Positions 1 through 12,057 of a stretch of DNA of 64,000 nt are shown in pieces. Source of the stretch: Pristiophorus japonicus. Its lineage: Eukaryota. Below the pieces are notes generated by a model that was given only the letters and a program-made list of their open reading frames with translations, was not told the origin of the DNA and did not search any database. Every line of letters begins with the position of its first letter. The stretch's first letter is position 1. The translations under genes were made by a program, and so were the position numbers. The stretch is from positions 49,600,001 through 49,664,000 of the forward strand of contig NC_091995.1 in NCBI RefSeq assembly GCF_044704955.1, given 5' to 3'.

Positions 1-666
1 CCCTATCCCCCTTCTCCCCCACCTCGCTTCTCCCCCTTCCCTCGCTGTCAGAAACACAGACACTGACAGACAGAGAGTGAGAGAGACACACACAGACAAA
101 CAGAGAGATAGAGACACTGACAGAGACACACTGGGGGGGCCGTCCCAGCACGCTGTTGGAGGACTCCCGGTGCTGCAGTCGGTAAGTAGAAAATGTTTTA
201 TTTATTGATTTTTTAATTTTTTAAAATTTTTTTTGATTGATTTATTGGTTGATTTATTGATGTATTTATCATTTATTATTGATGATGGCTCTTTATTTGT
301 AAAACCGAAGTGTTTAATGTTTGTAATCTTCCCTTTAAACGCCCCCCCCCCCCCATTCCCTACGTCTAATTTGTAACCTACGCCTGATTTTCTAAAGTGT
401 AGACAAGGTTTTTTCGAACGTACAAAAATCTTCACTTACTCCATTCTAAGTTAGTTTGGAATAAGTTTTCACTGCCTAAACTTTGAAAACAGGCGCAAGT
501 GGCCGGACACGCCCCCTTTTGAAAAAAAATTCTGTTCCAAAGTGAAACTGTTCTAACTGACTAGAACTGGAGCAAACTAAATGCCGAGAATTCAAATTTC
601 TAAGATACTCCATTCTAAACCAGTTGCTCCAAAAAACAGGAGCAACTCAGGCCGAAACTTGGCCCC
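1..666. mobile_element. Right part of a PIF/Harbinger-type non-autonomous DNA element (same family as 14312-15950 and 22912-24035)
   Basis: Ends in CGAAACTTGGCCCC followed by TAA. This is the reverse complement of the GGGGCCAAGTTTCG start at 14312, and the internal sequence is an inverted match to 14312-14720. Confidence 0.75.
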
Positions 667-1880
667 TAAAAGTGAGTTCTTAGGTGACTGAACAGTCCAA
701 TATGGGAATTATTCTCTGTCACAGCTGGGACAGACAGTCGTATCCCAGAGACTTAAGCGCTTCATAAGTGCCCGAGGATCACATGGGCTGGCCCAACTAA
801 TCAGATTAGGGGGTTCCCCATTCATACTTCTGGTGGTTCCAATCACCAGATGTACAAATGGGAATAGCCCCAAAAACACAGAAGCACTTAGGATAAATTG
901 AAGAAAAACATCACATATTGATCAGAATGGAGTTTAATTAATTATTTAGAACAAAAATCTAATTTTTTGAAAAATAAATTTATATATTTTAAAGGGTCTA
1001 AAAGTAAACTTTCCTTATTTAATAGGATGTTAAATGTTTAAATTATTGAAAGAAATGTGTTATTCTGTGCTTTAAAAGTCTTACACTGATGAAAGCAGGC
1101 TCTACGCCTGTCTTTATCAGGCATAAGAATTTGAAGGACATTCGCTGGACAGGAGTTGGACAAATAGCCCAACTCTCCTCCCGCGGAGGCCCTTTACTTC
1201 CGGAGACGTGCGATGTGTCGAGAGTATTCTTGATAGATCGCAAGTTCCGGGTTTAAGCGCATGCGCTTCGCATACCTTAACCCAGAAGTTGCAGGGACCC
1301 CACGGGTGTTTGCACACTTCGTACACGCCCGAGTTCACGGCCAATATATACAATGCGCTCGAATAACATGCTCATTTTCAAATCACCATTCGGCCCTGTG
1401 TTTCTCCCTCTTAGGAATTACAAGTGATTGCATGAGCGAAACACCAGCGAAAAGGAACTTGCACCATCTGCCGAATGATTGTGGCTTCCAAATGAAAGTT
1501 GTTTGAATGTGCATATTTTGCACCTGAAATCAGTATCCAAAACTTAGCTGCACAAATATTTTGCCAAATGTCCATGCAGCTTAGCTACAAGATCAGGCAA
1601 AACAAATAAGCAAGTGGAATATTTTTCTACACAAGAAAGAAGCACTTCCCTCAATACAGCACAACTATCTTTGCAGAATAGCTCTAGCTGGTAATGTTGA
1701 CAATCTATGCGAATAGATTGCAACCAATAATGAAAATAAGAACTATTTTTACAATTCCTACAAGTAGGGGCATCTTAACTGGGCTTTGAACGTCAAGACC
1801 AGCCGATGAAAGTGACGCAACACAGAGAGGGCCTCACGAACATGCTAGGGAACATCTCTGCCGACTGCTAGATTCTACAC

Positions 1881-2802
1881 CAGTGGTGGGCAAAATACGG
1901 CCCACGGGCCATATCTGGCCTGCCAAGTCATTCTATTCACCCCGCTGGACAGTTCAGAAATAGAACGTGACCTGGAGCTCGAGCTGCACATTCGTTTATC
2001 CACTTTCACTTCTTATGGGCCAGAGACAGACCCGAACTGCAGCCGAGGAAATAACATAGCAATACTTCATTCAATTAATAATTCGCAAAAGCGATTCTCC
2101 CCGGCCAGATTTTAAAGGATCTTTTCCACGATTCTGGGCCCCAATGGTGGACACCCATGCCCAGAATGCACTGTGGAGTCGAACATGCCCTATCCGATTT
2201 AGAATGGCGTCATGGCTGCTCATCTTCATGACTCTTTTACTGAAGAAAGTGACCGCGCTTTCCCTCCCGATCCCCAGAGGACGGCGGCAGGGGAGTTCTA
2301 ATCTGGCACCAAGTGGGATGGCATCAGTAATCTTTGCAGAGAGAAATAAGGATGACTGAGGTGGGGAATTGATGCTGACACAGGCTCTAAATCGGGCACA
2401 GTTCTATTTCACAGCACTGATTTACAGAGACCAGAAGATACCACAACATTTTCAACTTTTATCTTGGATTAATTTCTAACCAGTAACATATTGTGTATTT
2501 AAGGTAGCATCTGACTACTATCTGAATTTATGTTTATGCAATGTTTATGTTTGTGCAATGTTCCCTCTAATCTTGTTTCATGCGCGGTCCTTTTAAATTT
2601 GCTGCGAGACCAGCCACTATGCAGCTGCACACGCGCAATATCTCTTCCAGCGGCAGGAGCTGGGGAACAGCCTGCGTGGGACCACGCGATTGGTACACGA
2701 ACGTGTGGCCATGCACCTTAGGGGGAATATTGGTGGGCGGCCCTCAACAGCTCACCTAAACTTGTTATGTGGCCCTGCAGCCCAAATAATTGCCCAACCC
2801 TG
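1881..2802. mobile_element. hAT-type (Charlie-like) non-autonomous DNA transposon
   Basis: Imperfect TIRs CAGTGGTGGGCAA / TTGCCCAACCCTG and an 8-bp TSD TTCTACAC / CTCTACAC. No transposase ORF. Confidence 0.75.
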
Positions 2803-3305
2803 CTCTACACGGTCCCGTCAAACAGTCCAAGGGCAGGTAAAGCACGGGTTACAATGACTCATCAAACACTCTCAGGTCTTGTATTGCACGAGTTAGGTAT
2901 AGTGTAAATAACCCTCTTCACTGTTGTACCGAACAGTCCCAGGGCTGCTGCAGCACGGGTCAGGTAAAGGGTAAAGCTCCCTCTGCATCTAGCCATTAAA
3001 CAATCCCAGGACAGCTACAGCACAGCTTAGATACAGAGCAGAGCTCCCTCTACACTGTCCCATTAGACAATTCGATTGTAGGTATAGCACGGGTTACATA
3101 CAAAGCATAGCTCTCTCTACACTGACCCATCAAAGATTTCCAAGTCAGGTATCACACAGGTTAAGTATAGTTGTAAATATCCCCCTACACTGTCACACCA
3201 AACACACTCAGGTCAGGTACAGCATGTGTTAGATGTAGAGCAAAGCTCCCTCTACATTCTCCCAGCAAACACTCCCAAGTCAGGTACAGCACGGCTTAGA
3301 TGCAG
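2803..3305. repeat. 67-bp satellite array (degenerate)
   Basis: Monomer approx. GTAAAGCTCCCTCTACACTGTCCCATCAAACACTCCCAGGGCAGGTACAGCACGGGTTAGATACAGA, with 67-nt spacing (e.g. 3041 to 3108). Confidence 0.85.
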
Positions 3306-3499
3306 AGAGCAGGGGTAGGGAGGGGGCGAGGGGGGAGGGAGAGCGGGAGGATGTAGAATAGGGAAGGGAGAACCAGAGATTACAACTGAGATCCAGGAGT
3401 GAGAAACAAGGTCAAAATTATCTCACACAGCAAAAGGGAAACTTTGAATGTTAGTAAAAACACCATAGAATAAAAATAAACTGGAAGGAGAAAAGAAGA

Positions 3500-6235
3500 A
3501 TTACATAGGATATACGGCACAGAAATAGGCCATTCAGCCCAACCAGTCCATGCCGGCATTTATGTTCCACTCGAGCCTCCTCCCGTCTTTCCTCATCTAA
3601 ATCTATCACTATAACCCTCCATTCCCTTCTCTCTCATATACATGTCAAGCCTCCCCTTAAATGCATCTATACTATTCGCTTCAACCACTCCCCATGGTAG
3701 CGAGTTCCACATTCACATCATTCTTTGGGTTCAGAAATTTCCTCCGAATTCCCTGTTTGATATCTTGGTGACTTATCTTATATCGACAGCCCTTCCATCA
3801 AGCGGAAACATTCTCTCTGCATCCACTCCATCACAACCTTTCATAATTTTAAAGACCTCTTGTAGTTCACACCTCAGCCTTCCACCCCACCGCCCCGCCC
3901 CCCCCCCCCCCACCACCAAGAGAAAAGAGACCCATCCTTTCCTGATATGTATACCTTCGCATTTCTGGTATCATCCTTGTAAATCTTCCCTGCACCCTCT
4001 CCAGTGCCTCTATGTATCTTTTATAATATGGTGACCAGAACTGTACACAGTACTCTAAGTGTGGTCTAAGGAAGAGTTGACAGAGATTTAGCACAACTTC
4101 CCTACTTTTGTAACCGATAGCTCTAGAAATAAACCCAAGTGCTTGGTTTGCTTTTTTATGGCCTTGCTAACCTGTGTTGCAACTTTTAGTGATTTGTTTT
4201 TGTATTCCAAGATCCCTTTGTTCATCTACCCCACCTACCCCACCTAGACTTGAACCCTCCAAGTAATAAATGACCTCCCTATTCTTCCTACCAAAATGTA
4301 ACAACTCACATTTATCTGTGTTCAACTTCATTTGCCAATTATATGCCCATTCTGCTAAGTGTATTTGTTGCAGTCTACCTCAGCATTGACTATCTTCCAC
4401 CACCAATTTAATACCATCCAAAAATTTAGAAATTGTGTTTTGAATCCTAAGTCTAAATCGTTAATATAAATTGTGAACAACAGTGGACCCAGCACTGATC
4501 CTTGTGGACCACCACTACCCACCTTCAGCTACTGTGAATAGCTACCTTTTACCCCTACTCTCTGATTTTGGCCTTGAAGCCAGCTAGTTATCCATTCTGC
4601 TACTTGTCCCCTGACTCTGCATTCTCTGACCTTGTTCACCAATCTATTTTGTGGTACCTTATCGAAGGCCTTTTGAAAATCTAGATAAAATACATCTACT
4701 GCATTACCATTGTCTACTCTCTCTGTTGCCTCTTCAAACAATTCAATGAGGTTGGTCCAGCAGGACGTTTCCTTTTGAAATCCCTGCTGACTATTTATTA
4801 CTATATTTTTGGTTTCTAGATGTTCTTCAATTTTCTCCTTTAGTAGGGATTCCATTATTCTTCCTACCACCAATCTTAGCTGACTGGTCCATAACTCCCT
4901 GGACATATTCTATCCCCCTTCTTAAATATAGGTATTACGTTAGTTATCCGCTAGTCCTCTGGGACAACTTTTTCTAATGAATTATTAAATATCTGCAGTA
5001 ATGCCTGTTTCCCATTGCTGTTCCACATCGTTGTTTGACAATATCGTTACCCATTTTATTTTCCCAAGTTCTATTCTCAGTCCCGCGTAATCAGTTTTTC
5101 TCCAATCTATTATCCTGGTTTCGACCATACTAATGTCCTACTCAATTATCATCTTAAAGCGTATTATAGTTCGGAGTGACTGCTGCCAGTGAACCAGAAG
5201 CTGCACAGAAGCATTCTGTGCATAACTGTCAGATCACATATTTAAGTAATAACATTCACAGCAGATGGAGGTCTGTGTAAATGTCAACTCTAGCATTTTT
5301 TTCCCTTGTTGGAAATAATTTTATTCGAAATAAATGCAAGTAAAATTTAAAACACGCAACATTCTCCCATTAGCAATATGATTTATTAACACACAACTAG
5401 CAGGATAATGTTCACAGTGTTTTTTAGTAGATCTTTCCTATCATCTAGGCAGGAGGCATGCACAACTTCGCCATTAAACCTGCGACATCTTCGTGTCCAA
5501 ATACTTACATTGAATCATGGTCATTAGCATTTTACACGCATTATGATTTTATGAACAGTTACTGTCCTTTCCTAAACCTTTGGGGACTGTGGCCACATTT
5601 GAAAAGCAGGACTGTGAATTATTCTAGTGACCAGCAAAACTAACACAATTTCCATCCTATCAAAATGATTGCTGACTACGAAGTCTGGTAAGAACAACCA
5701 AGAGACCATTGGAACTGCGCGTGCGCAATGATTATATGTTGTTGGCAGTCATCGCGTCCATTATATTATGGTCACTATTGCCTAGAAGTTCCCCTACTTT
5801 TACTTCTCTTATCTGCTCTGGTTCATTTCTCATTACTAGGTCCAATAGCGAATCCTTGCTGGGCTTTTTACATATTCGGTTAGAAAGGAGTCCTGTACAC
5901 ATTGTAGGAACTCCATTCCCTTATTCCCTTTACCTACCTCTTCTGTCCAATTAATAGCAGGGTAGTTGAAAGTCCCCATGATTATTATTCTATGTTTTTT
6001 ACTCATTTCCCCAATTTTTCTGCATATTTCTTCCTCCACCTCCCTTCCACTATTAGGTGGTCTGTAGACTACACCTATTGTTGTGATTGATCCTTTATTA
6101 TCTTTTATCTCTATCCATATGGATTCTATTTCTGTCTTGCTGCTAGCTGCATCACTTTTTTCTACTACCATCATTTTATCACTAATATGTACAGCTACTT
6201 CACCTCCCCTTTTCCCTTCTTTATTGTTTACACAT
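3500..6235 (-). mobile_element. Degenerate CR1-clade LINE (RT and APE endonuclease remnants), copy A of the duplication
   Basis: ORF remnants [25 protein letters not shown], and GGEVAVHI...ESIWIEI...GVVYRPPN...IIMGTFNYP. Interrupted at 5170-5759. Confidence 0.9.
5170..5759. mobile_element. Unclassified TIR-like insertion inside CR1 (paralog at 18520-19105)
   Basis: Interrupts the CR1 sequence GCGTATTATA...TTATGGTCAC. The left end GACTGCTGCCAGTGA is the inverse of the right end of the paralog, TCGCTGGCAGCAGTC. Confidence 0.55.
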
Positions 6236-7419
6236 GCCCATTCCATTCCAACGTCTCATGCTTCTCTACTGAGATATACATTGCCTTACCTCATGGGGTA
6301 CAGGTACCCCGTTGACCTGTTGCTTATGCTAGCCTTGTCCTGACATCAGTAGAACAAGAATTTTCTCCTCGTAAGCATTGCGTCCTAGTCACAACCTGGG
6401 CAGTCCTCTTAATTGCACATGTTACAGGGTACAACCGAACTGACCTGCACTCTTCACACTGGCCCACTTTGTTTGTGGATTGTCCACGCCTACAAGGTGG
6501 TCAAGTATCAAACTGGGCTCAATCGCTCCAGGATCGGGATATCCCTCGTGTTCTGGGGAAACAGTCTAAAAATTAGAGACTGGCCTTTAAGGAGCGAAGT
6601 TAGCAAACACTTCTACACACAAAGAGTGGTAGAAGTTTGGAACTCTCTTCTGCAAATGACAATTGATGCGAGGTCAATTGTTAATTTTAAATCTGACATT
6701 GATAGGTTTTTGTTAACTAACGATATTAAAGATATGGGGCAAAGGTGGGTACATGGAGTTAAGTCACAGATCAGCCATGATCTCAAAGTGGCCTACTCTT
6801 GTTCCTTTGTTCCTATAATTACACTCTCACTTGTGTAAATACAATGGGCCTGAATTCACAGTTGGAAACTTTCAGTGGGCAAATGTCTCCGACCAGCAAA
6901 ATAACTAGGAACCTCCCTGATGGTTCTGGATCCACGGAGACTCGTGCTCCTGGGCCTCTCCGGTTACACGCCGGTCAAGGCTCACGTATCCCAGGGACGC
7001 ATGTGGTTCGCAAGCACCCCTGGGATCACGTGGGCTGGCCCAACCAATGAAAGAAATTGATCCTCATTCCTGCTCGGGGATTCCGTATGTACAGAAACAC
7101 CATAAGTATGAATGGGAACACCCTCAAAATACATGCACACATCAAATTAAAAAACATTACATATTTAAAATGAGTTAAAATGCCATTTAATTATATATTT
7201 AACAAGAAACATTTTTTTTGAAAAACAAATTTTAATGTTTTAAAGGTACTAAAAACAACCTCACCTTATTGTACAGGTTTTTTAATGTTTAATGATTGAA
7301 AAAAAATGTTTTAATGTTCATTTCAACTATTAGGCTGGAAATAGTAGGCCTTAGTCCAATCACAACAACAGCCAGGAATGATGTCACAAAGCAGCCTAAG
7401 CCACTCCCAGTCGCGGTAT

Positions 7420-7590
7420 CACCAGGATAGGTAGAGCACAGGTTAGATACACAGTAAAGCTCTTACACTGTCCCATCAAACAATCCCAGGTCAGGAATAG
7501 CTCAGGATAGAAAAAGAGTAAAGCTCCCTCTGCACTGCCCCATCTAACAATCCCAGGTCAGATATAGCATGGGTTAGATACAGAGTAAAA
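7420..7590. repeat. 67-bp satellite, short array
   Basis: Same monomer as 2803-3305. Confidence 0.8.
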
Positions 7591-8345
7591 AGAAACATTG
7601 TAGTGGAATGGGACAGTATCATTGGAGGGATAGGTACTGTTCTCTGCAGCTGAGAGCATGAGTCCGGAAGGCAGTGTTGCCTACCTGGTGCCAGGGTTAA
7701 GGACATCTCCTCTGGGCTGGAGAGGAACTTGGAGTGGGAGGGGGAAGATACAGTTGTGTGGTCCTTGTGGGTACCAACTGTGATGTATGTAGCACACAAA
7801 TCACTGACTCCACACGGTCTGGTGTTTATCTAACTGCTGTGACCTTGGTCCTTTATTAAACAGCTCCAGAGTGACTCTCAGGTGTGGTGGTCAGCCTTTT
7901 ATACTGCCTCTTGCAGGTACTTTCAGGTCTCCCACAACAGCGCCCTCTGTGGTGTACCATTGTGCTTATTATACATTTAAGGTACCAGGACGATACACAC
8001 ATCAATACATAACATCAATGACATAAGTAGGACAAATAAAGAGGTTCTGCTGAGGGATTATGAGCATCTAGGGGCCAAATTAAAAAGCAGAACCACAAAG
8101 GTAATAATCTCTGGATTACTACCTGGGCCACGAGCAAATTTGCATAGGGTAAATAAGATCAGAGAGTTAAACACGTGGTTCAAAGACTGGTGTGGGAGAA
8201 ATAGGTTTTGGTTCGTGGGACATTGGCACCAGTACTGGGGTAAGAGGGAGCTGTTCCGTTTGGACGGGCTCCACTTAGACCGTGCAGGGACTAGGGTGCT
8301 GGCGGATCAAATAACTAAGGCTGCAGAGAGGGTTTTAAACTAATT
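7590..8345 (+). mobile_element. CR1 ORF1 (SGNH esterase-like) remnant
   Basis: Remnant peptides CCLPGARVKDIS, VGTN and LFRLDGLHLDRAGTRVLA, typical of the CR1 ORF1 esterase. Split by a solo LTR. Confidence 0.7.
7779..8014. mobile_element. Solo LTR (236 bp)
   Basis: Ends TGTGATGTAT...ATACATAACA. Flanks CCAAC / TCAAT form a degraded 5-bp TSD. It interrupts CR1 ORF1 at GTACCAAC|GACATA. Confidence 0.7.
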
Positions 8346-8374
8346 ACTGCCAAGGGCGGAGGGGCAGGGGGCGG

Positions 8375-10270
8375 GACATTTGGAAAAGCATAATTCAATC
8401 AAGCAGAGTCAGCACGGTTTTATGAAAGGAAAATCATGTTTGACATATTTGCTGGAGTTCTTTGAGGATGTACCGAGCAGGGTGGATAAGGGGAACCAGT
8501 GGATGTGGTGTATTTGGATTTCAAAAAGGCATTCCACAAGGTGTCACATAAAAGATTACTGCACAAGATAAAAGTTCACGTGGTTGGCGGTAATATATTA
8601 GCATGGATAGAGGATTGACTAACTAACAGAAAACAGAGAGTTGGGTCATTTTCCGGTTGGCAAACAGTAACTAGTAGGGTGCCACAGGGATCGGTGCTGG
8701 GGCCTCAACTATTTATAATCTATATTGATGATTTGGATGAAGGGACTGAGTTACATGTAGCCAAGTTTGCTGATGATACAAAGATGGGTGGGAAAGCAAA
8801 TTGTGAGGAGGACACAAAAAAATCTGCAAAGAGATATAGACAGGCTAAATGAGTGGGAAAACATTTGGCAGATGGAGTATAATGTGGGAAAATGTGAGGT
8901 CATCCACTTTGGCAAAAAAATAGAAAAGCAAATTATAATTTAAATGGAGAAAATTTGCAAAGTGCTGCAGTGCAGCGGGATCTGCGGGTCCTTATGCATG
9001 AAACACAAAAAGTTAGTATGTAGGTATAGCAAATAATCAGGAAGGCAAATGGAATGTTGGTCTTTATTGCAAGGGGGATGGAGTATAAGAGCAGGGAAGT
9101 CCTGCTACAACTATAAAGGGTATTGATGAGGCCACACCTAGAGTATTGCGTACAGTTTTGGTCTCCATATTTAAGGAAGGATATACTTGCATTGGAGGCT
9201 GTTCAGAGAAGGTTCACTAGGTTGATTCCGGAGATGAAGATAGGTTGAGTAGGTTGTGCCTATACGCATTGGAATTCAGAAGATCTTATCGAAACAGATA
9301 AGCTGATGGGGGTGGCTCGACAAGGTGAATGCAGAGACGATATTTTCACCCATAGGGGAAACTAAAACTAAGGGACATAGGGTCAGAACTTGGTCAAAGC
9401 CAAGGCCCGCCCAAGTGCCACCCAAAGGATCGCCGAGAGTCCTGGCAGTACGTTGTCAAGAAAATTCCTCTAAAAGATATGCCAGTATGGCCCGGCGGCA
9501 AAAAACTGACCTACGCCGTGAATCTGGGTGGCAACGAGCGGGAGCTCCCAATCTTGGCGGCAAATGCGATCCTCGCCAAAGTGCTGCCGAGGATTGAGTC
9601 GGGCCCAGGGAGGAGGGAGCACATAGTAATAAAAATTTTCACCAAAAAAAACCACTGGAAGACCTTCCAGGGACCCCAAACACATAAATCGCTGAAAATA
9701 AATTATTAAAAGTTCATTAACCTTTTTTTGCAGGTCTTCTTACTTATGGTTGGGGTTAGACCTGCCTTCACGCAGGGGTCCTTCCCCCTGTTGCCACTAA
9801 TTCCTGCCCGCACCAAACTGGCAGCTCAGCGGGCGGGAAGACACTTACTCGTCAGCGAGCAGTTCCCAGCGGTACTCCCCTCCTGCCGGCGGGAGGCCTC
9901 CAAGAAAATGGCACCGAGGGGAGACCGCCCAAAAAACTCAGCGGCGGTGGGCAGTAAGGCACCAAGTTCGGGCCCATAGTCTCAGAATAAGGGGCCGCCC
10001 ATTTAAAACTGAGATGAGGAGGAATTTCTTCTCTCAGAGGGTTGTAAATCTATGGAATTCCCTGCCCCAGAGAGCTGTGGAGGCTGGGTCATTGAATATA
10101 TTTAAGGCGGAGATACAGATTTTTGAGCGATAAGGGAATAAAGGGTTATGGGGAGTAGGCGAGGAAGTGGAGCTGAGTCTATGATCAGATCAGCCATGAT
10201 CTTATTAAATGGCGTAGCAGGCTCAAGGGGCCCAATGAGCTTACTCATGCTCCTATTTTTTATGTTCTTA
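8375..10270 (+). mobile_element. 5'-truncated CR1 LINE (RT and 3' end), frameshifted
   Basis: [23 protein letters not shown]-like DNA, FADDTK, RPHLEYC and a CR1 3' tail. Interrupted at 9380-9975. Confidence 0.9.
9380..9975. mobile_element. Harbinger-type MITE
   Basis: TIRs GGGTCAGAACTTGGT / ACCAAGTTCGGGCCC and a 3-bp TSD ATA. Removing it restores the CR1 sequence GGGACATAGTCTCAG. Confidence 0.8.
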
Positions 10271-10709
10271 CTCCCATGCATGGGTTAGATACAGTGTAAT
10301 ATTCTCTCTAATCTATCCCATTAAACAGAACCTGAGCAGGTACGGCATGGGCTAAATATAGAGAGTAAAGCTCCCTCTACATTGTCACATCAAACAGTCC
10401 CAGGAAAGCAATAGCAGACTGGTTAGATACAGTGTAAAGCTCCCTCAACACTCTCCCAGCAAACAGTCACAGGGCAGGTACAGCAGGAGTCAGTAACAGA
10501 GTAAAGTGCCTTCTACAAAGATCCATCAAATACTCTCAAGTTAGGTATAGCACAGGTTGGACACAGATTAATGCTTACATCACACTATCCTATCAAACAG
10601 TCCCAAGGCAGGTACAGCATAGATTGGGAAAACAGTAAAGCTCCCTCTACACAGTCCAAGCAAACAATTGCAGGTCAGGAACAGTACTGATTCAATAAAG
10701 AGTCAATTT

Positions 10710-11355
10710 TCAGATGCTATATTAAATACACAACATGTATTCGATACTGTTTAGAAATGAATCCAAGATAAAAGTTGGAAATGTTATGGTTTCTTCTGGC
10801 ATCTGTAAATCAGTGCTGTGAAATAGAACTGTACCCTCTTTAGAGCCTATGTCAGCAATAATTCCCAACCACAGTCATTCTTATTTCTCTCTGCAAAAAT
10901 TACTAAAGCCGTCCCAATTGGTGCCAGATGAGAAACACCCTGCCATTATACTCTGGGTACCGGGAGGGAAAGATGCAGCGCCGGTCACGTTCTCCTGTAA
11001 AAGAGTCATGGATGAGCAGCCATGATGCCACTTTAAATCGGATAGGGCATATTCAAGTACGCAGTGCGTTCTGGGTACGGACGTCCGCCATTGGGGCTCA
11101 GAATCACGGAACGGATCATTTTAAGATCTGGCCGGGGAGAATCGCTTTTGTGAATTATTAATTTGAATGAAGTATTCCTATGGTTTTTCCTTGGCTGCAG
11201 TTCAGGTCTGTCTCTGACCCATGAGAAATGAAAGTGGATCGATGAATGTGCAGCTCAAGCTCTGGCTCGGGTTCTATTTCTGCCCATCCAGTGGACCGGG
11301 TAAAATGACTTGGAGGGCGAGATATGGCCCACGGGCTGTATTTTGCCCACTACTG
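10710..11355 (-). mobile_element. Inverted, truncated copy of the hAT element at 1881-2802
   Basis: Reverse-complement match to about 1881-2515. Ends TTGCCCACTACTG followed by CTCTACAC. Confidence 0.75.
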
Positions 11356-11734
11356 CTCTACACGGTCCCATCAAACAGTCCAAGGGCTGGTATAGCACAG
11401 GCTAAATGCGGAGTAAAGCCCCCTTTTAACGATCTCATGAAACAGTCCAAGAGTAGGTTTTGCACAGGTTAGATGCAGAGTAAAGCTCCCTCTAATTGAT
11501 CCCATCAATCAATATCTATATCAGATATAGCTTGGGTTAGGTTAAAGTTCCCTTTAAACTGCCCCTTCAAACACTCTCAAGTCAGGTATCGCACAGGTTA
11601 CGTATCATGTAAATTACCCTCCACACTGTCCCATAAAGCAATCCCAAGGTGGTTACAGCATAGGTTAGATACAGAGTAAAGCTCCCTCTACACCATCCCT
11701 TGAAAAAATCTTAAGGTAGGTAGAGCACAGCTTA

Positions 11735-12057
11735 CATATAAGGACACCCTCAAAGCCTCCCTGATAAAATGCAACATCCCCACTGAACCTGGGAGTCCCT
11801 GGCCAAAGGCCGCCTTAAGTGGAGGAAGCGCACCGGGGAGGGCGCTGAGCACCTCGAGTCTCATCGCTGAGAGCATGCAGAAATCAAGCGCAAGCAGCAG
11901 AAAGAGCGTGCGGCAAACAAGTCCCACCCACCCCTTCCCTCAACGGCTATGACAGAGACTGTGGTTCTCGAATTGGACTATACAGCCACATAAGAACCCA
12001 TGCTAAAAGTGGAAGCAAGTCTTCCTCAATTTTGAGGGACTGCCTATGCTGATGATG
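11735..12057 (+). mobile_element. RTE-clade LINE 3' fragment
   Basis: KDTLKASLIKCNI-like coding remnant and the 3' end GGAAGCAAGTCTTCCTC...GAGGGACTGCCTATG(GAT)n. Matches 47368-47870. Confidence 0.7.
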
